A stretch of 64,000 nt of DNA. Source: Lama glama (lineage: Eukaryota). A program made the translations under genes and the position numbers. Under the pieces are notes generated by a model that was given only the letters and a program-made list of their open reading frames with translations, was not told the origin of the DNA and searched no databases. This document shows positions 24,797 to 37,039 of the stretch, piece by piece; the stretch's first letter is position 1, and each line of letters opens with the position of its first letter. The stretch is taken from contig CM052832.1 of the NCBI GenBank assembly GCA_028534125.1, positions 14,200,001 through 14,264,000 on the forward strand, given 5' to 3'.

Positions 24797-27700
24797 CTGC
24801 AGGATAGAAAGATACCCAACATCTTAGCTAAGAGGCACCAGGGGCCAAAAAAGCAGCTCTGATACGTTATAATTAAACATTAGGGCTCATAGAGTGCGCC
24901 TCCCACGAGCTGGCTCCTTCTCTGTCCCTCACACACACACCCCGAGATGCTGTGATTCTAAGCCTGAGTCAGCAAATATTTCCCAATCCTGGAAGTAGTC
25001 TGCTCATTTCCAAGTAAACAGACACTGGCTTTGCTGACTCCACCAGGGTGGGGCAGAAGGTAAGGTGAAGAAGCTGGAGCCCAATGCCCCCTATGGCAGC
25101 TCATAGATGGAGACGCCCTGAGTCACGCTTGACTCCTTGACCAAATCCAGGTGGAGACATAACAAGTCACACCCTAATCAGCAGCCTCTGAGCTGTAAAG
25201 GCCAAGAACCATATGCCAAGGAAGAAGACTCACATATCTGAAACCTGATGCAAAGGGCCATCTCCTCCCTGTCAGGACCAAGCAAGTGCCCAGCTCTCCC
25301 AACACCACAGAACTCAGCTGCCGCGACTACTCTTCCCTCTGGATCCTGTAGTTTAGCCTCCCAGCTCACAGGTAACACCCAAGGAGGTGGGCCTCGGTGA
25401 CAAGACAGCTGAAGCCTTTAGAAGCGACAGGTCCAACCCCTCCTGAGAGGAGCTGCACCACCCTAGGACATGCCTGGATCTGCAGGCCTGAGGACAGCTT
25501 GCACAACCGCCAGGACAGCCACATTCTATCCAAAGCAGAGGCCTACCAGCTTTCCAGGCCAGGGCCCAACACTGGTTGTCCTCTCACCTGGTCCTGTGGG
25601 AAGGCGTCTGAGGGACCACAAGTAGGGCTGGAAGGCTGAGGAGGGGCAATTCTTCTTGTGTGGGTTGAGGCACACACCAAAGAAGGAGAAAAGCAGTGGT
25701 AGAGAGGCCAGGGGAAAGGCAGCCAACCAAAAGAGCGGTTCATTAAACTACAGCGTTGATGGGCTACACCATCTACAGGATGTCAGGTGCCTGTCTGTCC
25801 ACACCTTCAAAAAAGACAGGCAGGCTGATTCAAGCTCTGCAAAAATCCCTGAATGGACGCTGGTAACTGATAATCACGACTACCCATGCAGAAAACAATA
25901 TGGACAAACTGCAAGAAGCTGTCCAGCCAGGGCTGCTGGTATCCAACCTGCCCCACAAGGACTGGGCCTGACCTCCTCCCAAGCCCTTCTCACCTGCAGC
26001 CTCGGTGGAGAGTACTTTCAACGGGTAAGCGGACAGAGGAGGAGCCAACTGCTCAAAAGAGCCAGGTAAAGTCCTGGGGAGCCGGAGACTAGGTTAAACT
26101 ATCACCAAATACACAACCTCAGCTTCATCAGAATGACCCACTGAAGCCAGGAGGGATGTTTTTAAAGTGAACAAAGGACCCCTTTTGGTCCATTCTACCC
26201 AAATCCCCACCTAGTGCTGCTTAGGAGGGGGCTCAAAGGGTCAGTGGAGAGGGGACTGGCTCAGCCATTCACGATTCTATTCCTTTCACAGAAAAAGGTC
26301 AGCACACAAGAGGATTCTAAAACTTTAAAGTCTGGTCTGGCAGTTCAGTTGGCTCTCCACCACAGCTCCTGAGGGTTGCCAATTCTGTGTCCAATTCTGG
26401 CTCAAAGACAGAGAGCACAGTCCTCAAAAGAGGAGACCTAGAAATCTAGGGCCAGGTGAAACAACAGGCCTTCATTCCTGAATGTGAGAGTGGGTCATGC
26501 ATTCAGAATCCTCCAAGATCAGACTGGGTAGAAACAGAGGATATGTTATTTCCTGAAGATCTCTCTAGGAGACCAATGCCATATAAAAGAGCTCAAATTG
26601 AAGGCATTTGTAAAGAACTTTCTGCCTGGCAAGAAGGTTAAACATCCAGACACACCATGAAGATGGTGGGCTTTCTAGCTCGAGAGAGGTTGATCTCAGT
26701 GACTGGAAGCAATTCAAGTTCCGGACACTGTTTAACCAATGCAGTGCCACAACCTACCTAGGCAGATACTGATCTCATACCCGTTGCACACCCCTGAGCA
26801 AAGGGAACAGAACTTCAGTGTCAGCTTCCCTCCTGGATCCACAGGAAATTAAGCTCCCAAGGAAAACGGAGGGAAAAGAATCTTTAAGAGAGCCTGCTCA
26901 GTGATCAACATCAGAAGGCCTGGCGCATTCAGTGGGTCAGAGATGCAGCTGGTTCAAGCCACCAATAATAAAAGGGACAGATACCTGCCAGCCCCAGGGC
27001 TATAAGGCTGGCAATCTATTTCAAAGCTCAAACAGGAAAAAAATGTTCTGGAGCTAGTACACAGGAGAAAGGCTGAGGACCACAGACATTCTCTGAAGCA
27101 TAGCTTCTGGAGACTTCTCTTAGCTCTTTGGGATGGGGCACAAGGTGGAGAGAGGGAGTGAGGGCAGAGATAGGCTGGGGTATCATGGTTTAAATGCGTC
27201 CAATATATCCAAAGTGTAAAGCCACAAAGCCCTGTTTCCTGGAAGGGGAAAGAAGTTGGATGAGGCCTCCAGCTACCACTGGCGCACACCCAACTCAGCG
27301 GCCAGTCTCTCCTCAAGGGTTCCTGGAAGTCAACAGATGCATAAAGGGGAAGTACTAAAGCTGAGATTAGAGGAATGGTCTACAAATTGGACATTATCTC
27401 TGATGCAACGCTCCAGTAAATTCTCCAACCCAGACACATCGGCTATTTACCTCAGACATTCAGCCCCCACCTCTCCCCACGGGCATTTCAACTGCAGGTC
27501 AAAGGAAAGCAAAATAGTGCTTAGAGCTAATACTTCTCCCAGAAGCAGAGGCAAGGAACTGGGAGGTAATGGGAGGTGGGTGACAGGAATGCAGGGGACA
27601 GAGCTCACTGGAAGGAAGTCAGAGAGTGGGGCAAAAACAGGGCCTTTGGGGGAAATCAGGGTAGGAGAGGCTTAGGTAGACAGGGACTGTAGGTACGGGC

Positions 27701-27999
27701 TGAAAAAGTCAAACACCGCAAGAAAGATGATGGGGAGCAGTAATACTAAGAGGGATTAGGCAACAAGGGAAGGAGAGGACAGGGATGGAAAGAGAGAGCA
27801 ATGACTGAGAGGGCAAGGATGGGAGGACGAAGGCAGGCGACAAGGATAAGAGGGGAACAGAGAAGATCTCCAAGGAGAGAGGGCAGTGGATTTGGGGACA
27901 CCAGAGAAGGGATGAAGGAAGAAATCGGAGGCAAGGGTCAGGAATGGCAGAGGACCCTGAGCCTGACATCGAGCTTTCTGAACACAGAAGTGGGAGGAG

Positions 28000-28650
28000 A
28001 TGGAGCCACGAGGCCCAAGAGGGGACACAAGCTGCGGGAGGAGGGTTGGAGGGGGCCCGCGGTTCGGGCTCAAACAGCGATGGGCGTCCAAAGGCTCGGG
28101 GCGCAGGGGCAGCGGAATAAAGCGCCAAAAGAGCAACGGCTGACCGCGGACCGGCCCAGGCCGGAGCTACAGGAAGCTGCAGAGGCTTGGTCCGCGGACC
28201 CCTGCCGTCCCCCCACCAGACTCCCCGCCGGGCCTTGCGCCCGCCTCAGCCCGGGCCCGCCGCTTCCCTCCGCTGCTTGCCGACCCGCTTCCCCGGACTC
28301 GAACTAACCTGTCCTGGCTACCCTCCACGCCACCGCTGCCGTTCCGCAGGGTCCGCAGAATCCTCCGGCTCCTGCCAAAACTTTTCCCATTAATCCCCAG
28401 CTCTGCTGCGGCCGCGGCGTCACACGCTGCGCGGCCTGGCCCCGCCCCCACCAGGTGACGTCACCGCGCAGCTCATCCCCTACCCTCTCTCCACGCCCCT
28501 TTCCGCCCCAGCCGCGGCCAATCACCGCGCCTGCTGGAGACTCCCCTGACTCTGCCACTCCGCCCACCGCATGTTGCCCTGGACCCGCCTGCAGCGCCCT
28601 CTGGTGCAGGGTGCGGGTTGCGGGCGCCGCACCAGAGGGAAGGGCAGGGG
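28000..28650. promoter_or_regulatory. PPARD: PPARD CpG-island, TATA-less promoter
   Basis: Dense CpG. GC boxes at about 28440-28448, 28503-28509 and 28560-28565. Palindromic CRE GGTGACGTCACC at 28454-28465. CCAAT box at 28518-28522. Confidence 0.9.
28309..28432 (-). other. PPARD: PPARD exon 1 (5' UTR); TSS approximate
   Basis: GCGTGTGACGCCGCGGCCGC...GGGGATTAATGGGAAAAGTTTTGGCAGGAG...GGACAG|gttagt matches the PPARD mRNA leader as I recall it; syntenic position after DEF6. Confidence 0.88.
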
Positions 28651-30934
28651 AGGAAGTTCCCTCCAGAGCCAGTGAAACAAGTCTGGCAAGTATCATAAAA
28701 AGGAATTTAAAGCAGGAAGGCAACTTAGAGATCATTTAGAGTTCATCTAGTACTGCGTCCTCATCCTTCCAGTGAAGAAACAGTCCCAGAGAAGGTGCGT
28801 GACTTGCAGGGAAAAGCAATGCTGACGCTAGAACCCGGGTATCCAGATTCCACTAGAGGAGACGGTACTGCCTAGAATTTTCACAAAAGGGCTTTGCTCC
28901 CTTGAGAGGCTTCTGCAACTAGAAAGTTATGATTCTGAACTTTTAACCTATCTTCCTACTTATCTGATACGCTTGCCTACCCAAATGGGGGGCATCCTCC
29001 CTACTCCTGTAGAAAATTCTGTTCTCTCTTCTTAACCCAGGTCTCTGGGATTTGGAAGTGAACTGTTATCCCAACCTGTCCCTTAAGATATACCATAAAA
29101 AAAAGTCCCTGGCAACTGGGAGGCAGTCTGGTGGAAAAAGTTGTGTTTGTCATCTGGCAATGAACAAAACTTGACTCAAAGGTATATGATCAATGGGTAA
29201 CTCCCTCCTCTCCACCATCTTTAAAATAGAGATTACCCTCCCCCTCTCAGGCTACATTCTTAGATATCTGGATAGTAGAACTACTGAGATTGAAGTAAGA
29301 ATGGATTGTAGAAATCAAAGCCTTCCCTAAGATTTCTGCAAATTCCTGAGGGATTTATGTTCCGAATCTCTCTGCCTCAAGAGCTCCAGCCTCTGCCATG
29401 CTGTTGGAGTCACACAGTTCAGAAATGCAGAGATGAAACAGCCCTTCCGGAGGACTGCCCGTACCTCTTCCCACACAAGACATTCATGGATATAGATGTT
29501 ATGATGCTCTGGGCCCTGGGACAGTGTCACATCATGCATTGCAAATAGTTTAAATTCACAAATCAGACATTCTTTTAAAGTTCTTTCCATGCCTGCCCCC
29601 CCACCCCAACCTTGAGGTTTTCTCACTGAGTCTTCACCCCTTAAGGCCTGGTCTTTTCCCAAATTACTACCTCTCCTCCCTGCCCACCTTTTCTTTCCTC
29701 TATTTCAGCATCTCCAGAGAACAAACAAATTCTTATGGCTTTCCAGGCAGAGACATCTTAACCATATCTCTGCATTGCTGGATTCCTGCTAACACTCATG
29801 CCCTGAAGATTTCACTTTCTCCCCCTGAGAGGCTAATTTCCCCTAATAAAGGCTGTTTCTTCCCTAAAAGAAATTCTGGGAGCACTCTTGAGACATGATA
29901 TTTTTTGCCTCATTTCATTTTTATGTTAAAAAGGATATGTATACATATATATTTCATTTTTACATTAAAAGGGATATATATTCCTTTTTTTTACTTAAAT
30001 CAGTTAATTTCTGTTAATGTGACTCAAAAACTCAGACTAATACAGCCTCCCCAAATCTTCATTTTGACTAGATTTGCCCACAGGCGCAGCTCAAAGTGAG
30101 GAAATTTGTTCTCTGCCAAGCCTCTACAATGCTTTTCAGACTAGCCAGAGATCTCAACTACCAAAACCTGCTCTGATGCCCAATTACAGTGTAACTGAAC
30201 AATACTGACAGTGTGGAGTAAGGCTAGACCTGCTTTGAATTAGATTCTATCTCCCCGATAGCCATTTCAAGCTCCAGCCAGCAGGTAGAGTCCTCCTTAG
30301 CCTCCTGAAATCAGCCTTCTCAGCATGCCCCTCCCTCCCCATCTCACCTACAGCAGGGGCCAGAGAGGCAACTTTCAGCTGGCACCTCTTTGGCCTAGGT
30401 GGGCCAAAGGACACTGGGCTTGAGGAAGAGGCACCTTGCATACTCTGGCAGCAGTTTGCAAAAGCCTCTTGCACTATAGCCAGTAGCCCCACCTCCCCAA
30501 CCCTCAGAGGGGTGACCTGGGGCTACAGTGGCTGCACTTTCCACATGGCCCTCAGGTTTATGGGTATCTCTCAGGGCATCAGAGATTGGATACACTCTTC
30601 TTTGTCCAGAATGTTGGAAAGGACAAAGGAGTTATTTTCTAACCCTGGAAGTAAAAGACTGCAAACTATCTTCTCCTGCCCGCTAATAATGTCCTTCAGG
30701 ACTGAAAGCATCTCCTGCCAGTCCCAATGTGGATTCAGGGTGGCCTTTCCTTTCACTATTTCACACCACAACCAGCAATGCCTCCTGTGTCCCATCACAG
30801 AACATTCAAAATCTTGGAATGGACCCCATTTACAGATGAGGAAACTGAGGTTTAGGTGTTGGTTGCCTCAAGTCTAAACTCTACTTAGCTTCCATGAATG
30901 TCTCTAAACAGGTCTCATTCACCTTTCTAGTCAT

Positions 30935-32203
30935 AATAGTCTGCAAAATGTTTGTCCCTCTACTCCTAAAAGAATATAAGAACTAATGTAGCTCCTTGCA
31001 CATTTTTAAGGTGACGTCTAATATTTTTCATCATTAGTTTAAAACTTAATGGTTGCAGAGGATGGATGTAATTTCTGCTATTTTATAAACATTAACATTT
31101 TAATACAGAACTACTATATTACCCTTTTAAATGTATTGAATAAGGCTCAAACCTCATAGTGATTTTTGATGCTTACCATCATCCATCTTAAAAATACACG
31201 AATAAGCTCTTCTTCAGCAATAAAAAATTTTACATTGTCTCTTTTTCTCCTTGTACTTGTGTTTCTATTCCACTTTGCCCTCAAAAATCTAATCTTTTTT
31301 AAATTGAAGTATAGTTAATTTACAGTGTTGTGTTAGTCAAAAATCTAATCTTAATGTAACGTGTTTTTATGCTTTTATGCTTATGCTCTTTTATTGATCA
31401 CCATATCCTACATCTCTGCAACCAAAATATGTATGTAAGTTGAAATTACAAATTTTCTTCTGGTTTGAGTGGCCATTATAAGTATTAGCAATATCCAATT
31501 GAGCAAAACAACATAAATATTATGATTTTTATAAGTATTAAACATAACCCCCCAAAATACATTGGAAGTATTTCTTAATGAAATAGTTAGGCTACTTTTC
31601 CCCCAGGTAGTTCATATCTTCGTAGTTAAGTATTACTTATGGCTAGAATGAGACTACTTTCAACGTCAACTGTAGTCCTAGTTTTTCATTTCTAAGCTGA
31701 GAAACCTTGTTCACATAAATAAGTAGATGAGAACTGAGAGAGTTTTGATATCGCAATGGCATCTGACTCTGTTATTTGCCATGAAAAATCACAGAGATCT
31801 ATTATTAAATTGTGTTAATGATTTTTTTTTCAGCTGACAATGCAATTAAATCCTTCCAGATTTTGAAAGCAAAGATTTGGAAACCTGCTGACTTGAAAAC
31901 AAAGGGAATTTGTTGTCTGGCTTTTGAGGCTTTCCCTTTCTCAGCTCCCACAGTCCTACACCAGCATTTCGAATTGTTGCTTTGTTTAATGTTCCAGGAA
32001 TTTGACCCCTCTTGGTAGTCCACTCCAAAAGATACGGGGTTGGTGAGTGGTGAACCTTGCGACTAAAAGTAGAGAAGGTGAAACTGTGAAGGAAGAAAGC
32101 AGTTATGGTAAAGAGAACACTTGGAAGTTAAGGATCTGTGAATCAATTTTCTTACAACTCCTCATACCCTAGAGATACCCCGACTCCAATTAGAGAACCA
32201 CTG
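30935..32203. mobile_element. Probable degraded hAT-Charlie DNA transposon
   Basis: AT-rich block ending in the hAT-type terminus gagaaccactg; family and left boundary uncertain. Confidence 0.5.
31297..31336 (-). mobile_element. 40-bp L1 3'-terminal insertion
   Basis: ttttaaattgaagtatagttaatttacagtgttgtgttag matches the L1 3' ends at 32 and 11893; perfect 16-bp TSD. Confidence 0.85.
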
Positions 32204-33805
32204 GTCTTAATGTTTTTCTCACGTTCTCTACTCTCTTATTGAAAATTTTAAGGGCCGTCTTGAATCCCAGCTCCTACCTAACACTTCATTTTTTCTGAAT
32301 TCCTACCATATATTGAATTTGAACCTCACTTCCCATCCCTGAGATGTGCATTGTGTTATACTGGTAGCTTTGTTCCATGACACTTTAAATGGACTGTAAT
32401 GAAGTTCCTTGCAATGGAGTTTGGTGTATTTGCAAAAGACATGAACTTTGATATCAGATAGGGTATAAGCCCTAGGAGGACAAGGACTCCATCTGTTTTG
32501 TTCTGTGCCATAGTCAACACCTAGTCCAATACCTGGCATATAATAATAGCTTAACAAATAATTTGCTGAATGAATGTATTTGAGTTAGAATCTTAGCTAC
32601 TTCATCACCTAGTTGTGTGATACCCAGTCACTCATTTTAGAATTTATTCAACAAATATTTGTTTCATGCCTGCTAAAAGCCAAGCATGGTGCTAGCCACT
32701 GGGGACATAAGTTGACAAAAATATGTCCTTGCCCTCAAGGAACTCAAACATCTGGTTATGGAGGCTGTTATGTGAAGGGAGGTGGAAAGAACAGCCAGTG
32801 TGCAGATCCAAATGGAGGAAAAGGAGGGAGCTACTAGTAAATCTATAAAGCAGAGGCATAGGAGGCTCTCCTGGGCCTTGTATGCCACATATGGGAATGT
32901 GAACTTCACTGTTCTGGGTACCACTGAGAGACTGGAAAGTGGAAAGAGTCAGGGAAAGGTCTGCATTTTAGAAAGCCTACAGGCAGCTGTTAGGAGAAGG
33001 GTTAGCAAGGAGAACTGATTTTGGCTGTAATCCAGTTGGGAGGTGACGAGGGCCAGAGTAAGGCACTGGCCATGAGATATGGCCCCAAAGGAGTATATTT
33101 GAGAGTGACCAAGAAAATCCAATCAATTGGACTTGGAGACTGATTAGATATGGGGCAAGATGGAGAAGGAGTCAAAGGCCCTAGCCGTGTCATTAGCCAT
33201 GGGGATGGAGACAGAGGGATAGGTATGAGGGTATGAAGGAGAGAGAATCTACTGGATTGAATGATGGGTTTTGCATGAGGGGGATGAGAGGGAGGGAGTA
33301 AGTCATCCTTGATTCCCAGATCTCTGTCTTAGGTAACAAGATAGGTAAGTCAGACATTATGGGAAGAGAAGCAAGTTTGGAAGGTTTTGGGCAAGTTGCT
33401 TGACCTCTCTGAGCCTGAATTTCCCCAGATATAAAATGAGAATAATAATACCCACCTCTCAGGGTTGCCATGAGAATTAAATTGCAGGGCATAGAATATA
33501 TGCTCAATAAACACTTTTGGGTGATACCAATAATAGTGCCTGCTCATGTGTCAAGCACTTACTCCCCACAACAACCCTATAAAGTAGGTACTATTATCCC
33601 TATTTTACCAATGTGGGAACTGAAGCAGAGAGAGGTGAAGAAACTTGACCAAGGTTACCCAGTTGGTAAGTGACAAAATGTACTTTTCTAGCCACTGCAT
33701 TATATCTTATTCCTTCTGGGACCTATAACTGGACTTGAGGGAGGAAGAGAGACAATGACAGGAGAAACAAACAGACCTGGTCAATAATTTATACCAAGAG
33801 CAGTT

Positions 33806-33811
33806 TTTATT
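33806..33811 (-). terminator. DEF6: DEF6 polyadenylation signal AATAAA
   Basis: tttatt on + strand about 340 nt after the stop, followed on the minus strand by GT/T-rich sequence. Confidence 0.8.
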
Positions 33812-34147
33812 TAGAAATGTGCCTCCACAACTTGGAAGCAATCTAGGGACAGATGGCCCATGGCTTGCTTGTTTACTCTCTTTCCCAGCCCAGGGTGTAG
33901 GGCCCTTGGGGTTAAGGCACTGGATCAAGTTCTTAAGGACCAACATCCCAGACAGCCTCAGTGGTCTGGGGCCTGGGGCTGGTGCAAAAATGAACCAGGT
34001 TCCATCTTGGACTATTTCATGGTCAGAGGGCATGGTCCCTTGGCACCAGGATTTCAGCTCCTTCTGCAGGGGCTGGTGTTACTCACAGGCCAGCTGTGGC
34101 CAGGTCCTAGTAGGCATGAGGTCAGGGGGAAGAGAGGCTAGCAGAGG

Positions 34148-34371
34148 TTAATTTTCTGGTGCTGGGTCCAGTTTTTCTTCCTGAGCGGTGGAAGCCGAGA
34201 TGGGAGCCTCATCCCCACCATTGAGGGACTTCTGCTGCTCACTGCTGCTCGGTGAGGGGGTTCTGTCACTGCGGGATCCCCAGCGGGTCAGGCGCTTTAG
34301 GGAGGAGTCACGGCGGGCAAGTAGAGGGGGCTGGAAGCCTGTGAAGGAGCTGCTGGTGGTGGGACGCTTGT
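34148..34371 (-). CDS. DEF6: DEF6 exon 11 CDS (224 nt including TAA)
   Basis: [16 protein letters not shown]...KLDPAPEN*; the 11 exons sum to 1896 nt = 631 aa + stop. Confidence 0.95.
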
Positions 34372-34568
34372 CTGGCAGAAGAAAGGCAGATATGAATAAG
34401 GAGCAAGGTGCAAGCAAAGGGGAGAAGTTGAGTGGCCTTGTCTCTGTCCTTGGGGGAAACGAGAACCCCTTGACCTTCAGTCCTGTGCTGGTTCTGTACA
34501 TCTGGAGGTATCCCTTCCTCCCTCCCTTGCCCAGTCCAGGGCAAGCTCCAGGGTCTAACCCTTCTCAC

Positions 34569-34659
34569 CTCCAGGTTTGATTGGATGCATGAGCCGGTTC
34601 ATCTGGACATTCCAGTGTTTCACATTGGTACTGGCCTGGCGCAGCTTCCGCTGGGCAGC
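34569..34659 (-). CDS. DEF6: DEF6 exon 10 (91 nt)
   Basis: [30 protein letters not shown], the conserved SWAP-70 family C-terminal motif. Confidence 0.96.
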
Positions 34660-35598
34660 CTGTGGGGGCAGGATGAGTGAGGAGTGGGCCAGAGCCACCA
34701 TCCAAGACAGGGTGTCTTGACCTTTTCAGGTTCACAGGCCTCTTCGAATCTGACAAAGTCTACTGGTCATCTCCCCAGAAAAACACATGTATGTTCATAA
34801 AGAGTTATGTATAGGAACAGAGTTGGCATCCAATTTCAAGGGACTCAAAGACCCTCAAAGGGTCAAAAATAATCATAATTATAGTTTCCACTTATTAAGC
34901 AGCTCAGATGGGCTAATAACTCATTTAACTTCCAGAGTAAAAGTTAACAGCAAACAAGTTCAAAAGAGGTGAAGTAACTTGCCCAGGGGCACACATGGAG
35001 CTCTAAACCAGTGTATCATACCACCTCTCCAGCACCTAATGCAAAAACCTCTGCTCCAGTGTTCATCCAGCCATTAGCAGTGGTTGGGGAGTGGGGAATC
35101 ATAGAGAAACTTTTCCTTTCTATGATCCATATTTCTGTGTTCGAATTTTTTACCATGACCATGTATGCCAACAAAGCAAAATAAAATAATCAATATTAAT
35201 AAAAACAGAACAGCAAGAGTTAAAAAAAAAAAGCCCTCTTCCATGGAAATTCAGGCTCCAAGGAGTAGAGCCAAAGTACAGGGATAGCAAAGTAGGGGCT
35301 GGAAGAATAGGAGGAAAAATTTTGCCCAGGTTAATAACAACGACAAAATGGCAGCTGGTGTTTCTTCAGTGCTTGCTGTATACTAAATAGCATGTGTTAT
35401 CTTGTTTAATCTTCACAACAATGTTATTTTCAATCTCCTTTCCTGGATGAGGGACTGGAAACTCAGAGAGGTTAGGCAATTTGTCCTAGGACACACAGCC
35501 AGGTAATGATAGAGCCAGGGTTTGAGGGAAGGTTCCAGAGTCTGTGCTTTGACATGTTCAACCTGCCAGCCTCCATCCTATCCCACCTCAGGCCTCAC

Positions 35599-35797
35599 CT
35601 CCACGTCCTCATCAGCCCTCTGCCGGTTCTGCCGCACCTCCTCCAGCTGCTGCTGGGCCTGCTGCAGGGAGCGGCTCTGCAGTGCCATCTCCTGCTGCAG
35701 CTCTTGCTTCTCCTGCTGCGCCCGCTCGATGTAACGCTCCTGTTCTTCCTTCAGCTGCATTAGCTGCTTCAACTTCTCCTCTTCCTCCTCCAGCAGT
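35599..35797 (-). CDS. DEF6: DEF6 exon 9 (199 nt)
   Basis: [30 protein letters not shown]...[14 protein letters not shown] boundaries. Confidence 0.96.
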
Positions 35798-35909
35798 CTG
35801 CCGTGAGTGCACTGTGTCACCTCCAGAGCCATGGCACCTGGCAGGTGCTCAGCAAGCGGAAGGGTGGGGGTGTCAGGGAGGAGAACCAGAAGGGGTCCCT
35901 CAGTCCTAC

Positions 35910-36076
35910 CTGGTCTGTGCTAGGCGCACAGCCTCCTCATCCCGCCGAGCTTTCACCTCCAAATGCAGGGCCTCCTGAAGCCTCAGCTGCATCTCCTCCA
36001 GCTCCTTGATGCGCTGCTGCTGCCGGGCAGCCTCCTCCTTCTTCAGCTCCATCTCAGCCTGCATGGAAGCCCGGGC
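35910..36076 (-). CDS. DEF6: DEF6 exon 8 (167 nt)
   Basis: [59 protein letters not shown] boundaries. Confidence 0.95.
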
Positions 36077-37039
36077 CTGCTCGGGGGATGCAGAGCCAGG
36101 TCAACGGGGGCATGGGGGAGGGAGGCGGCAGGTATGCCGCCCTTTCTCCAGGGATTTGTTAGGTCATCCTAACTAGTTATCTCCAGGTGAGGGTCTGGGA
36201 AGTTCTTTCATGTAAGGGTTTCTTTATCTGATCCCCTTCTGAAAGCCTGATTAGGTCACATAGTGATCAGTGAACTACATGTTGCACGGGGGAAAGGGGC
36301 TCAAGTCATCCCTTTCCTGGCATTGGCCTTAATAGTTACTATTATATATTATAATAGAATGCATTATAATTATAATTAAGGCTAGTGCTAGGAAGGGAGT
36401 GACTATAATTATAATTGTTTTAACATTTATAACTCAAAGTGTTTCCTTGTTTGATCCTCTCCATATTTCTATAAGCAAAGTTATATTGCCATCAACATGT
36501 CACAGGTAACTGAGGCAAAGAAAGGCTAGGATACTTGCCTGAGATCACAGGGTTCCTAAGAGGCAGAGCTGGGATTGAATCCCCAGTGTCTCTGATTCCA
36601 GATCTAGATCTCTTAAACCCTAAATCTAATTGCCTTTACACACCTAGTCCGCCTCCACATTCGTCCTACCTTCCTCCCATCCTGCATTCCTCAAACTGGT
36701 TTCATTATAAACTCAGATCAAGTCTAGTCCAACCTAGTCCAGCCTTGGGTCAAACTCATTCCCAATCATGCTCCTCTGTCCAAGCCCCGTTCCCAGTCAA
36801 GGTCTCCGAACCAGGCCTCATTCTATACCTAGCACTCAGCTCCGGGACCCCCAGTTCATAGGCTCAGGCCCCTCCCCACACCATCTCTCCTCTCAAGCCA
36901 TCCCTCGGCCAGGTTCCTTATCCCATAGGTCCCGTCCCTGGCACAGTCCGGATCCACGTCCATCTTTGAAGCCCACAGGCTCTGTCCCCAAAGTCCCTCT
37001 TTCCAAGCCTCGCCTCCCTCGCATCTCTCCACATCCATT

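Noticed and set aside
27496..27508. PPRE (DR1) autoregulatory site AGGTCA-A-AGGAAA
   Set aside because: The second half-site has two mismatches; too weak without binding data
27709..28739. Several 94-168 aa ORFs around the CpG island
   Set aside because: Expected from stop-codon scarcity in GC-rich or purine-skewed DNA; low complexity with no recognisable domains
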